A DNA stretch of 62,205 nucleotides, filler included, from a bacterium (GTDB lineage Bacteria; UBA9089; CG2-30-40-21; SBAY01), in NCBI GenBank assembly GCA_040757115.1. It is 5 parts of 5 records of this genome, joined end to end, with 100 filler letters (N's around TTAATTAATTAA, not from the genome) between each part and the next. Parts side by side here need not be neighbours in the genome. Positions count along the whole stretch, not along the records: positions 7,781 to 15,369 come from JBFLYA010000179.1; positions 15,470 to 46,885 come from JBFLYA010000018.1; 3 more parts are not named here. The stretch is one strand, 5' to 3'. This document shows, one piece after another, positions 12,251-22,320 of the stretch; within the stretch, counting starts at the first letter, position 1, and every line of letters starts with the position of its first letter. The notes beneath the pieces were generated by a model that searched no databases, was not told the DNA's origin, and saw only the letters and a list, made by a program, of their open reading frames with translations. The translations under genes were made by a program, and so were the position numbers.

Positions 12251-13642
12251 ACAGCGTTCATTCAAAAACTGAATGCTGAATGCTGAACGCTTACTTATTC
12301 TTGCTACTTCTTCCTTGAATACCCGGCCTCTTTCTTCATAGTTTTTAAACATATCATAACTTGAGCAGGCGGGTGAAAAAAGGATTGTATCCTTTGGTTT
12401 AGATAGTTTATATGCTAATTCAACTGCCTCGTGTAAATTCTGGACTTTAAAGATATTATCAAAATGGACACCTTGAGCGATTTTATCCTTTGCTTCACCC
12501 AACAAAATCAATGTCTTTACTTTTGCTGATAACAAAGGATTTAGTCGGCTATAGTCACATCCTTTGCTTCGACCACCAGCAATTAAGATAATTGGTTTAT
12601 TAAAACTTTGCAAGGCAACAAGGACTGAATCAACATTGGTTGCCTTTGAATCATTAATAAACCGTATGCCGTTAATACAAGCCACCTCTTCTATGCGGTG
12701 CTCGACCCCTTTAAATTCTCTTAATGTCTTTCTGACCACCTCGAAATCAATTTTAAGAATAGCACTTACTCCCAGAGCCGATAGGACATTCTGGAGATTG
12801 TGAGGCCCGATTAAGGCTATATCTTGAGTTTTGCATATCTTATTTTCTTGTCCTTCAAATCGGCTAACAATCTGATTTCCTTTTAGAAAGATACCGTTTT
12901 CAAAGTCTTTTTTAGTCAGACTGAAAAAAATTGGTTTAGCCTTAGATTGTTGACTTACCTCCATAATATTTGAATCATCTGCATTTAGAACCATAAAATC
13001 ATCTTTAGTCTGGTTCTCAAAGATTCTTGCTTTTATTTTCAAGTAATCATTCAGGTCTTTATGTCTATCAAGGTGGTCTGGGGTAAAATTTAAAAAAACA
13101 CTGATATTGGGTCTAAAATCTTTTATGGTTTCTAATTGAAAACTGCTTATTTCTACAACCACAAGATAATCTTTGTCAATTTTATCTATTGCCTCGGATA
13201 ATGGATAACCGATATTGCCGGCGACGATAACTTTTTGGTCAGCGGTTTTTAAGATTTCGCCAATTAATGTTGTAGTCGTTGTTTTGCCATTTGTGCCGGT
13301 AACCGCAATCACTCGATTTTGTGGTAAAAATTGATAGGCTAATTCCATTTCTGAGATAATCGGAATACCCAATTTTTTCGCCTTTTGTAAAAATGGAATC
13401 TCTACCGGAATTCCAGGACTGACAACGATTAATTCACAGCGGGGTAAAGAGTCTTCCTTATGTCCGTCTGTTTCTATTTCTATGTCTAAATTTTTTAATT
13501 GAGTAATTTCGTTTTGCAATTGTGAGGCTGGTTTTGAGTCAGAGATTTTTACCTTTGCCCCATATTTAAGTAACAATTTAGCCGCTGACAAACCGCTTCT
13601 CGCCATGCCAACAATAATTATTCTTTTATCTTTAATATTCAT
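12221..13642 (-). CDS. murD: UDP-MurNAc-L-Ala-D-Glu ligase; last ~25 aa are repeat-derived
   Basis: GMARSG, GTNGKTTT, EISSFQL, PDHLDRH, NDSKATN, SPACSSYD; start set at MNIKD. Confidence 0.95.
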   Translation of the reverse strand: MNIKDKRIIIVGMARSGLSAAKLLLKYGAKVKISDSKPASQLQNEITQLKNLDIEIETDGHKEDSLPRCELIVVSPGIPVEIPFLQKAKKLGIPIISEMELAYQFLPQNRVIAVTGTNGKTTTTTLIGEILKTADQKVIVAGNIGYPLSEAIDKIDKDYLVVVEISSFQLETIKDFRPNISVFLNFTPDHLDRHKDLNDYLKIKARIFENQTKDDFMVLNADDSNIMEVSQQSKAKPIFFSLTKKDFENGIFLKGNQIVSRFEGQENKICKTQDIALIGPHNLQNVLSALGVSAILKIDFEVVRKTLREFKGVEHRIEEVACINGIRFINDSKATNVDSVLVALQSFNKPIILIAGGRSKGCDYSRLNPLLSAKVKTLILLGEAKDKIAQGVHFDNIFKVQNLHEAVELAYKLSKPKDTILFSPACSSYDMFKNYEERGRVFKEEVARISKRSAFSIQFLNERCYSSYYTQGG

Positions 13643-13657
13643 TTTCGTTCTTTTCTT

Positions 13658-13938
13658 GCAACCGTTCACCGCAGAGACACAGAGACGCAGAGAAGAAAAT
13701 TAAAAACTATTTACCAGATGCTTCATTCCATTCCTGATTTTCATCAGGACAATCTCTGATTTTCATCAGAGCAAGCTTTTAAGGACCGAGATATCATGAT
13801 TGATTAACAAATTTGGTTGTGATGTCCTATGTATTTTACCATGATTGCACCAATAATCTTTTCTGTTATCTGATTTATTTCCATATCTTCTCTGTGAACT
13901 CTTGCGTCTGGGCGGTGAATTACCAGCTGAACGGTTAC
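13658..13938 (-). mobile_element. IS66-type MITE, long subfamily
   Basis: G(C)AACCGTTCA...TGAACGGTTAC ends; homologous to 20256-20497 and 23988-24264. Confidence 0.85.
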
Positions 13939-13940
13939 CC

Positions 13941-15038
13941 TTACCTTAATTTCAAGGTACTTAAACTTAACAGGGTAAATATCCCGGCAATAATCCAGAA
14001 TCTCACAATAATCTTTGGTTCACTCCAACCTTTTTTCTCGAAGTGATGATGTAGAGGCGCCATATTGAATATTCGGCGTTTAGTCAATTTCATCGAACCA
14101 ACTTGAAGAATAACCGATAAAGCCTCAATCACAAATAATCCGCCGATGATTACTAATAATAATTCATTTTTAATCAAGACAGCCGCTGTCCCAAGTATAC
14201 CACCCAGAGCCAATGAGCCTGTATCCCCCATAAATACCTCTGCGGGATAGGCATTGTACCACAGGAAACCAATGGATGCTCCAATCAAGGCGGCAAGATA
14301 AATAGTTATCTCTCCTGCACCACTGACATAGATTATCTTTAGATAATGGGCGAATTTAAAGTGCCCGGCAAAATATGAGGCACCGACAAAACCAATTGCC
14401 GCAAATATTATCGCACCAATCGCCAGTCCATCCAGACCATCGGTTAGATTAACCGCATTGGAAGTGCCAACTATGACCAAAATGACAAATGGAATATAAA
14501 ACCAACTTATATCTACCGGTGCTCCTTTAAAAAAAGGAATAGAAAGGGAAGTTCCATACTGCGAATGTATCGGATGATAGCACAGATAAATTGCCAACAT
14601 AGATGCCAGGATAACCTGACCACTAAATTTATACTTAGCGACTAAACCTTCAGACCTTTGTTTGACTAATTTCAGGTAATCATCTATAAATCCAATTAGA
14701 CCTAAACCTACAGTCATTCCTATAATTATCCAGGTAAATCGAATATCAAACCGCAACCAGAGAATTGAAGATACAAGTAACGCAATTAGAATGATTATCC
14801 CTCCCATAGTTGGGGTTTCAGCCTTATGAATATGATTTTGGAGGTATTCTTTGCGAATGACTTGATTAATATGTTTTTGCTTTAATTTTTTGATAATAAA
14901 TGGAGCGATAATTAAAGATATGACTAACGCCGTGATAGCGGCATAAGCCGCCCGGAAGGTAATATATTTAAAAACCCTGAAGATGGAAAAACAAGTCTCT
15001 GGTTCGTATAACCATTCATAAAATATATGATAAAGCAT
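13941..15038 (-). CDS. mraY: Phospho-MurNAc-pentapeptide translocase
   Basis: TPTMGG, GFIDDY, NAVNLTDGLDGL, FMGDTGS, APLHHHFE; start set at MLYHI. Confidence 0.96.
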   Translation of the reverse strand: MLYHIFYEWLYEPETCFSIFRVFKYITFRAAYAAITALVISLIIAPFIIKKLKQKHINQVIRKEYLQNHIHKAETPTMGGIIILIALLVSSILWLRFDIRFTWIIIGMTVGLGLIGFIDDYLKLVKQRSEGLVAKYKFSGQVILASMLAIYLCYHPIHSQYGTSLSIPFFKGAPVDISWFYIPFVILVIVGTSNAVNLTDGLDGLAIGAIIFAAIGFVGASYFAGHFKFAHYLKIIYVSGAGEITIYLAALIGASIGFLWYNAYPAEVFMGDTGSLALGGILGTAAVLIKNELLLVIIGGLFVIEALSVILQVGSMKLTKRRIFNMAPLHHHFEKKGWSEPKIIVRFWIIAGIFTLLSLSTLKLR

Positions 15039-15168
15039 TTTTTTCCCCTCTTTTTTAGTTACCAATTATAGATTTCTGCAAAACCAGGAAACTGTAGTTT
15101 TTAAACGGGTATTTACAAAAATCAAAATGCAAAAAGCAAATATAAAAATTACATATCAAAATGTAAAA

Positions 15169-15343
15169 TTATCTCTTCCCTTTCAAGGTTAAAATACTCG
15201 ATGCAAAGATATTACCAAATTCCTCTAACTCTTTGAGAAACACTATCTTTTGGCAACTTATCGATCAATTCTATAAGTCGCACAGTAAAGTTATATAGTC
15301 TTTTCTTGAAGTCCTTTTTGAAATTTGATTTGTAATTTTGCAT
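15169..15343 (-). pseudogene. Internally deleted four-helix-bundle (23S rRNA IVP-like) gene inside a miniature element
   Basis: MQNYKSNFKKDFKKRLYNFTVRLIELIDKLPKDS joined out of frame to FLKELEEFGNIFASSILTLKGKR-stop; element end TATAGATTTCTGCAAAA at 15067. Confidence 0.75.
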
Positions 15344-15369
15344 TTTGATATTTATATTTGATATTTAAT

Positions 15370-15469
15370 NNNNNNNNNNNNNNNNNNNNNNNNNNNNNNN
15401 NNNNNNNNNNNNNTTAATTAATTAANNNNNNNNNNNNNNNNNNNNNNNNNNNNNNNNNNNNNNNNNNNN
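15370..15469. other. Artificial contig linker
   Basis: N-run with TTAATTAATTAA. Confidence 0.97.
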
Positions 15470-15614
15470 TGAGATTTCCACCAATTGCCTCACTTAAATT
15501 TTTAGCCTCAATTAAAGGGGTATTACCTTCTTTTAAAGTAATTATTGGGGTTTTATCCCTCACAGGTAAAAAATCTTTATATTGGGCAATTATCCCCTGC
15601 CAGTTATTATTCAT
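15470..15614 (-). CDS. thrC: Threonine synthase N-terminus, partial at contig end
   Basis: [26 protein letters not shown]. Confidence 0.8.
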
Positions 15615-15657
15615 TGTTTTTTTTCACCCTTTGAAAATACTTTTTTTAACTGAAATG

Positions 15658-15819
15658 GTAACTATTCAGCATACCAAGCAAGTAGGAAGTAGGTAGTAGG
15701 TAAGTAGGAAAGGGATAAAGGATGTGCACGGTATTCCTCTTCTGGGGACAATGTCTCCCCTTTCCTACTTTCCTACTCTCCTACTTTCAGGAAAATCCCC
15801 CATTTCACTGATGCATTAC
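15658..15819. mobile_element. IS66-type MITE with AGTAGG/CCTACT arms
   Basis: GTAACTATTCAG...CTGATGCATTAC; right part resembles 53321-53362. Confidence 0.7.
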
Positions 15820-16061
15820 CTTATTTCTTCAAGAGATCCCTGGCTTATATTATAGGCATTTAACTTATTCTTTATGCCTTGTTTCTTAAAACCTTCTGCA
15901 ATATTTGCTGGAATAGAAACAGCCGCTCTGCACATCTGTTGCACCAATCCATATTTTTCTTCAGTGGGGAAGTTTTTGGTTATTTCGTATATTCTTATCA
16001 CTAAATGATGGCTTTTTTGCCATACTACAAGTTGTCTAAAATCATCTAACTTCTCATTCAT
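15816..16061 (-). pseudogene. Four-helix-bundle protein truncated at a MITE end
   Basis: LVVWQKS..FPTEEKYGL..RAAVSIPANIAEG..GSLEE; stop supplied by the GTAA end at 15819; preceded by GTAACTATTCA end at 16118. Confidence 0.85.
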
Positions 16062-16118
16062 TTTCTTTCCCTTTCCTACTTCCCTACTCTCCTACTTTCC
16101 TACAGGGTGAATAGTTAC

Positions 16119-16637
16119 TCAGAATCCTATTTTTATGGTTCTTTCTGGTGGTGGAGCCATTAGAGCTTTTATGGCATCAAAGATTATCTTAAATTGGGTG
16201 TCATACTTTCCAAATTGTGCATCATACTTTCTCTCCATGTCTTCAACTTTTCTTCTCAATTCCTCATGGGAGCTTAATATTTTTCTCATCCTGGTAAATG
16301 CTCGCATGATTTGGATATTGACCAGGATAGCTCTTTCGCTGTTAAGGACAGATGACAGCATAGCTACGCCTTGTTCTGTAAAGACATAGGGATTCGTAGG
16401 CGAATGCTTCATGATTTTGAACCTATCGCAATTTGCGATAAGTTCCTCTTTTTCCTCCTTGTTTAGCTGAAACATAAAATCTACAGGAAAGCGTTTAGCA
16501 TTCCTTTTTACCTGTTCTCTCAACCTAATAGGTTTTACTTCATAAAGTTCTGCCAGGTCTCTATCCAACATCACCTTTTGGTCTCTTATTACAAAGATTT
16601 TAGTCTCTATCCTTTCTATCGGTATTAACTGATTCAT
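16119..16637 (-). CDS. ORF6N domain DNA-binding protein
   Basis: IRDQKVMLDRDLAELYEV, RFPVDFMFQL, FTEQGVAMLSSVL, terminal KIGF. Confidence 0.9.
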   Translation of the reverse strand: MNQLIPIERIETKIFVIRDQKVMLDRDLAELYEVKPIRLREQVKRNAKRFPVDFMFQLNKEEKEELIANCDRFKIMKHSPTNPYVFTEQGVAMLSSVLNSERAILVNIQIMRAFTRMRKILSSHEELRRKVEDMERKYDAQFGKYDTQFKIIFDAIKALMAPPPERTIKIGF

Positions 16638-16892
16638 GGTAACCGCCTTCTTCTACATATTTTTGAAGTAATCTTCTTGAGAATTTCCATACCCGGTCAA
16701 CCTGTTTAGCAGGTATTTCGCCTTTTTGGACATGCCTTCTTATTACTTTTGCTCATTCTGAAGATATTCTACCAAAAATTTTATCCTATGTCAACAAATT
16801 TCTTGCCATTTGTGAGGAAATTTGTTATAATAATAGAGTTAGAGGTCAAATATCCCTTTTCTGACTTCTGGTTTCTGACCTCTGTCAACAAT

Positions 16893-17062
16893 CTAATTAT
16901 GTCCCACAATTTTTACTGAACACTGTGAAGAGTGATAATTCACAATTGACAATTCACCATTCACCATTATTAAGGAAATTTAGGGAAGAAATTGTGAATG
17001 GTGAATTGCGAATTGTGAATGAATGTAACATTGTTCAGTAAAACTTATGGGTAAAGATAAAG
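16893..17062. mobile_element. MITE with ~30-bp imperfect inverted ends and CACAATT/TGAATGG arms
   Basis: cccacaatttttactgaaca / tgttcagtaaaacttatggg; flanked by TCAACAA direct repeats; interior recurs at 53001-53100. Confidence 0.75.
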
Positions 17063-17083
17063 TCAACAAATGGAGGGTTTTCA

Positions 17084-20000
17084 ATGGAGCAAGACCTTGC
17101 CTATCAATATGGAATACAAGATTGGGAACAGGAATTATTAGGAGACGAAGCTATCCCTGGCCAACTCTTAGCTGTTAAAAATCCACCTGCTCCTGGCAAG
17201 CCTGGTTTGACTGTTACCGGGGAAGAATTGACACCACAATTGGGCGAGGATATCCCTCTTATCCCCGGGAAAAACACATATCTTTCTGAAGATAAACAAC
17301 GAATTTACTCAGCTGTATCAGGGAAGATTAGTTGGAGAGGACACCGTGTCGATGTAGAAGAAGAACTGCAAATTCAAGGAGATGTAGATGAGGATGTTGA
17401 GTTTGAAGGTCGGGTAAAGATTAGCGGAAATGTTGGTGAAAAATTCAAGGTTCACGCCGGGGGTGACATTATTATTGGCGGTTTGGTGCAGTCAGCAGAA
17501 ATTATCTCTGGCGGAAGCATTGAAATAGGTCAAGAGATTTCAAAAGCGACAATAACTGCTGAGGAAGATATTAAAGCCTCTGCGGTTAAAGAAGCCACCC
17601 TCGAGGCAAAAGGAAATATTCTCATTGACGGACCAATTCTTAGTAGTAAAGTAAATGGCTATCGAGTTATCTGTTCTGGACGAAGAGGAATAATCACCGG
17701 CGGAACAACTTCTGCCAAAAAAGAAATATCTGCAATGGCAATTGGAAGTGAAAAGTCATCTGTTCAAACAGAATTAAAGGTTGGTCAAGGAGGAAGACTT
17801 TCTGTTCAGGGAATTCTTTATCCCAAAGTAAAGATGCTGTTGGGAAGAAGAAGTATGATTGTTAAAAAACCCGTTAAAAAAACCACCTATAAAATAGAAA
17901 TGAGTGGAGTAACCGCGATAACTTATGAACCGCCTAAAATCGAACCAGTCGAAGAGATAACTTCAGAAAATAAACCTCAGATAAAAACCGATTTCCCATC
18001 ATCAGTAATTTTAGCCGCTTTCTCTGTAGAAGAAGGGAAAAGGCGGGGAGCAGAATTATTAGGATTTCTGCATACCGAAGTAGGCTACAAATTACTACCA
18101 ACACCTTACTCAAAAGGTATTCTTCTGCGTGTATTTAAAGCCAATGTTATTGGTCCGTGGAGTGAGCGATGGGATGAATTATACGGACCACCGGTTGATG
18201 GTTCATTTTCTTTTGATAATCGCTCTGATGGACTTTATATCACCATTATCCATCATCGCGGGGAAGGAAAACAGGTTACCCCGCAAGATATTCTGAAGAA
18301 ATGTGAGGAGGATGGATTTGTAAATATTGAGCAGGAAAAAGTAGAAGAGGTGTGCACAAAAAGAACAAAAGAACCGGTAAAAATAGGACCACGACAATAT
18401 ATTAAAGGTACAGTCGAGGTGATTATTCCTGAAGATGAAAGTAAAGCTTCAATTTCAATTGTTCCGCCCAAATTAGGCGGGATGTTAATGAAAATAGATG
18501 AGGTGATGCAGGCTTTAAAGGGAAACGGTGTTGTCCTGACACTGGTTAAAAAAGAACGAATTATTGAGGCATTGAATAAGGCAGAATTTAATGTCTCAAT
18601 TGATGTCGCCGAACACCAATTGCCATTGCCAGGCAAAAAGGCATATTTTAATTACCAACTTGGAGTTAAGGATGGGGTGGAGATAATAAATGATACTGCT
18701 ATTCCAGGTCAATTATTAGCCGTGAAGTCACCGGCAACTTATGGAAAACCCGGAATGACTATTCGAGGGAAAGAAATTCCAGCATTATCTGGAGAGGACT
18801 TTGAACTTACCATCGGTAGAAATACCTTTTTGTCTGACAATAAGTTAAAACTATTTGCCTCTTCTTTTGGCCGTGTTGTCTGGACTGATAATCGGGCAGA
18901 TGTTGAACAAATATTTGATTTTCAAGGAGATGTAGATGAAAATATTGAATTTGACGGGATTATAAATATAAGTGGTTCACTGGGGAATAAATTTAAAGTT
19001 AATGCCTCAAGTGATGTTAATATTGGTGGTGGTATAAATGATGCCGAGATAATCTGTGGCGGAAATGTGGAGGTAAAACAGGATATTATTATCGGAAATA
19101 TCAATGCTCAGGGAAATATTATTGCCAGGTCAGCTAAAAATTCTACATTAGAGACAAAAGGAAGTATCATTCTCGAAGATGGACTCACTAACTGTACCAT
19201 CAAGGCGGATAAAATCATCTGTAAAGGCAGAAGAGGATTTATTATTGGCGGCACTATCCAGGCACAAAAAGAAATAAATGCTAAGGCTATCGGCAGTGAC
19301 CGAGTCTCAACTCAAACAACGATTACGGTTGCTCAGGGCGGTAAAATAAGCAGTTATGGTTATATATTCCCTAAAGTGAATATGATGCTGGGAAGAAGAA
19401 GTATGCTGGTTAAACGAGCCCTTAAACGACTTACGCTTAATGCTGGCTTATCGGGAATAACTACCACAGACTATGAAGAACCTAAAATAGAGATTGCAAA
19501 AAAGATGCCTATTATCCAGGTTCAAGATACCACTAAAACCGAAACCGCTAAACCTAAATTACCACCATCTGTCGTTATTTACGCCTCTTCCCTGGAAGAA
19601 GGTAAAATAAAAGGAGCAGAATTATTAAATATCTCTCCGACAGATTTAGATGGGGAGATGATTCCAAAGGAACATTCTAAATTACCAGTATTACGAATTT
19701 TCCCAAAGGATTTATTTGGTGCATGGAAAAAGGAATGGGAAGAAATGTATGGCCCGGCAAGAGATGGTTCTTTTACCCTTGAAAATAAACCCGATGGTTT
19801 ATATCTTCATCTTACACCGCATCGGGGGGCAGGTAAAGCGGTAAAACCAGAAGATATATTAGCCGAAATTAAAAACCAGGAATTTACTGGAGTGGATTCC
19901 TCTAAAGTTGTAGAGGCTTGCAAATCAAAGGTAAAAACCACAACCAAAATCGGTATAATGCAATTGACTAAAGATTTCGGCGGCAAGGTTAAAGTAGATA

Positions 20001-20248
20001 TTGGGGATAAGGGACTTAAGGCATTTTTTACGATAATCCCTCCAGACAGGGGAGCATTAATGCTTAAAAAAGAAGATGTTCTGAATGCCTTAAAAGAAAA
20101 AGGTGTAGTGGTTGGCATAAAGGAAGAGGCAATTATAAATGCCTTAAAGAATAGAGAGTTTAACAAATCTATCCTTGTTGCCGAGGCAATTCTACCAGAA
20201 TTGGGTCAAAAGGCACAATTTACATACCAAATCGGTTCTACGAAATAA
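17084..20248 (+). CDS. FapA/DUF342 family protein, internally duplicated
   Basis: Two ~525-aa repeats with PGQLLAVK.P...GKPG, GDVDE.(V/I)EF.G and PP..G....V..ALK..GV motifs. Confidence 0.8.
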   Translation: MEQDLAYQYGIQDWEQELLGDEAIPGQLLAVKNPPAPGKPGLTVTGEELTPQLGEDIPLIPGKNTYLSEDKQRIYSAVSGKISWRGHRVDVEEELQIQGDVDEDVEFEGRVKISGNVGEKFKVHAGGDIIIGGLVQSAEIISGGSIEIGQEISKATITAEEDIKASAVKEATLEAKGNILIDGPILSSKVNGYRVICSGRRGIITGGTTSAKKEISAMAIGSEKSSVQTELKVGQGGRLSVQGILYPKVKMLLGRRSMIVKKPVKKTTYKIEMSGVTAITYEPPKIEPVEEITSENKPQIKTDFPSSVILAAFSVEEGKRRGAELLGFLHTEVGYKLLPTPYSKGILLRVFKANVIGPWSERWDELYGPPVDGSFSFDNRSDGLYITIIHHRGEGKQVTPQDILKKCEEDGFVNIEQEKVEEVCTKRTKEPVKIGPRQYIKGTVEVIIPEDESKASISIVPPKLGGMLMKIDEVMQALKGNGVVLTLVKKERIIEALNKAEFNVSIDVAEHQLPLPGKKAYFNYQLGVKDGVEIINDTAIPGQLLAVKSPATYGKPGMTIRGKEIPALSGEDFELTIGRNTFLSDNKLKLFASSFGRVVWTDNRADVEQIFDFQGDVDENIEFDGIINISGSLGNKFKVNASSDVNIGGGINDAEIICGGNVEVKQDIIIGNINAQGNIIARSAKNSTLETKGSIILEDGLTNCTIKADKIICKGRRGFIIGGTIQAQKEINAKAIGSDRVSTQTTITVAQGGKISSYGYIFPKVNMMLGRRSMLVKRALKRLTLNAGLSGITTTDYEEPKIEIAKKMPIIQVQDTTKTETAKPKLPPSVVIYASSLEEGKIKGAELLNISPTDLDGEMIPKEHSKLPVLRIFPKDLFGAWKKEWEEMYGPARDGSFTLENKPDGLYLHLTPHRGAGKAVKPEDILAEIKNQEFTGVDSSKVVEACKSKVKTTTKIGIMQLTKDFGGKVKVDIGDKGLKAFFTIIPPDRGALMLKKEDVLNALKEKGVVVGIKEEAIINALKNREFNKSILVAEAILPELGQKAQFTYQIGSTK

Positions 20249-20255
20249 AAAATTA

Positions 20256-20497
20256 GTAACCGTTCAGATAGTAATTCACCGCAGAGACGCAGAAGAACAG
20301 AGAAGACAGGGAAATAAATCAGATAACAGAAAAAATTAGGTAATACATAAGACATCAAAACCAAATTTGTTAATCAATCATGATATGTCGGTTCTTAAAA
20401 GCTTGCTTTGATGAAAATCAGAGATGGAATGAAGTGTATGGTAAATAGTTTTTTATTTTTTTCTCTGCGTCTCTGTGTCTCTGCGGTGAACGGTTAC
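20256..20497 (+). mobile_element. IS66-type MITE, long subfamily
   Basis: GTAACCGTTCA...TGAACGGTTAC with AAAATTA direct repeats on both flanks. Confidence 0.88.
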
Positions 20498-20585
20498 AAA
20501 ATTACCTGGTAAGCCTTATAATAAAGATAATCTTTTTATCCGTGTTTTTTTACTTTCGATTTATCAGAGGAAGCAAAAAAAAAGA

Positions 20586-20614
20586 TTGACAAAAAGATGT
20601 TAGTTAAGTATAAT
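20586..20614 (+). promoter_or_regulatory. Sigma70 promoter of tRNA-Gly
   Basis: TTGACA-17-TATAAT. Confidence 0.85.
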
Positions 20615-20625
20615 ATAAATGGTGT

Positions 20626-20701
20626 GCGGGAGTAACTCAGCTGGTAGAGTACGACCTTGCCAAGGTTGGAGTCGAGGGTTCGAATCCCTTCTCCCGCTCC
20701 A
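20626..20701 (+). tRNA. tRNA-Gly(GCC)
   Basis: GCGGGAG/CTCCCGC acceptor stem, GCC anticodon, GTTCGAATC T-loop, encoded CCA, 76 nt. Confidence 0.97.
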
Positions 20702-20805
20702 AAATTTCTACCCGGGCAATTTATAGTGACTCATCAGTGTGTTCTCACCATGTTTTATTCAACCTTTGTAGTTTTATTCCTTTTCTGGTCTCATCTAATT
20801 TTCAT

Positions 20806-21783
20806 CTAATATCTAATTCGCGGGTCTAAATAGGCATAGAGAATATCTGCGATTAAATTGGACACAAGAACGATAACAGAGAGTAAGAAAAAAGCCGCCT
20901 GGGCTAATGGATAATCGTGAGAGAGCACAGCTTCAATCAAAAGTTTCCCTAAACCAGGCCATGAAAACACCTTTTCGGTCAGCACCCCACCATTCATCGA
21001 AAAGGCAAGACTTAATGCCAGGGCGGTGACAACAGGCAACATCGCATTTCGAGCGGCATGTTTATCACGGATTGTTTTCTCATCAAGTCCTTTTGCCCTG
21101 GCAGTAGTAATATAATCCTCCCGCAATGTTTCTAACATACTATTTCGCATAAGTAACATAGAGCCAGCAAAGAAAAGCAGTGTCAGAACAAAGAGAGGTA
21201 GGGCTAAATGGTATAAAACATCCAATATTTTCGGTAAGATTCCAATACTTTTATCTGACCAGATTTCTGGGGTTAGCATTCCGGCTAATGGAAACCAACT
21301 AAGTTTATAGGCAAATATCCATATTATTATCAATCCAAACCAGGGAATAAATATGGTATAGAAAAATAATCCAAAGACAGTGATTCCTATTTCCATGCGA
21401 CTACCTCTTTTCCACGCAAGATACTTTCCCAGTGGAAGCCCAATTAAGTAAGCTAAAATTGTGGCAGTAGTAAATAAAAGGATAGTGTTAGGTAATTTTT
21501 CCATCACAATATCAAAAACTGGTTCAGGATAATAAAATGAGTGGCCAAAATTTAAACTTAAGATATTCTTAAGATAATATCCATATTGAACGAATAATGG
21601 TTTATCTAAACCAAATTGTTCACGGATAAGTATCTTTGCCTCAGCGGGTATCTTTGGGTCTAAAATCATTGACGCCGGGTCACCTGGCATTACCCGAAAG
21701 AGGATAAACAATAAAGTCATTATAATAAACAGGGTGATTATTATCTGATAAAGCCTTTTTATGATAAATTTGCTTATATTCAT
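20806..21783 (-). CDS. Peptide/nickel ABC transporter permease (OppB/DppB family)
   Basis: MPGDPA, GLDKPLFVQY, DYITTARAKGL, EKVFSWPGLG, LDPRIRY. Confidence 0.92.
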   Translation of the reverse strand: MNISKFIIKRLYQIIITLFIIMTLLFILFRVMPGDPASMILDPKIPAEAKILIREQFGLDKPLFVQYGYYLKNILSLNFGHSFYYPEPVFDIVMEKLPNTILLFTTATILAYLIGLPLGKYLAWKRGSRMEIGITVFGLFFYTIFIPWFGLIIIWIFAYKLSWFPLAGMLTPEIWSDKSIGILPKILDVLYHLALPLFVLTLLFFAGSMLLMRNSMLETLREDYITTARAKGLDEKTIRDKHAARNAMLPVVTALALSLAFSMNGGVLTEKVFSWPGLGKLLIEAVLSHDYPLAQAAFFLLSVIVLVSNLIADILYAYLDPRIRY

Positions 21784-21853
21784 ATTTTCAAAGAAATTTT
21801 ATCATAGATTTGGGATTATGTCAACAAAAAGTCCTGGTAACCAAGCAGTTCTT

Positions 21854-22236
21854 GTACCTGTTTAGCGTATTCCAAATTGCGTTGATTTGAGGCGTAACTC
21901 TTTGTTAAACAATAGGATACCGCGGTGCGAAATATTCCACAAGGAGTTTAATGCAAATATCAAAATGTAAAAATCAAAATTACAAAGCAAAATGCAAAAA
22001 TACTTGTAAGGCAATAAAAAAAATCAAATATTAAATATTAAAAATCAAAAATAAGAATAAAAGAATTCCTTAATTTTGATATTTGCTCTTTGATTTTTGA
22101 TATGATATTTGATATGTCATTTTGCATTTTAATATTTAATTTTTGATTTTGTATTACACAACTTGTTGTGTTTGAAGTGGTTTCGCACTAAGTCAGTACC
22201 ATTCATTTGTGCTCTCTGACCACGCTAAACAGGTAC
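21854..22236. mobile_element. MITE with perfect 15-bp inverted repeats GTACCTGTTTAGCGT and a nested GTGCGAAA-ended unit
   Basis: 8-bp flanking repeats CAGTTCTT/CAATTCTT; long AAAAT(C/G)/GATATTT heptamer arms. Confidence 0.85.
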
Positions 22237-22272
22237 CAATTCTTAGCATTGCTGACCGAATTGCTACTTTGA

Positions 22273-22301
22273 TTGACATTTAATTGAAACTATGCTATAA
22301 T
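22273..22301 (+). promoter_or_regulatory. Sigma70 promoter of glnS
   Basis: TTGACA-17-TATAAT with extended TG. Confidence 0.8.
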
Positions 22302-22320
22302 TGACATAAGGTAAGTAATT

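Noticed and set aside
15816-16061. Four-helix bundle as the Avd of a diversity-generating retroelement
   Set aside because: No reverse transcriptase and no template/variable repeat pair with adenine-specific differences seen.
20626-20805. tRNA-Gly as an island attachment site
   Set aside because: No integrase and no duplicated tRNA 3' end seen in the window.
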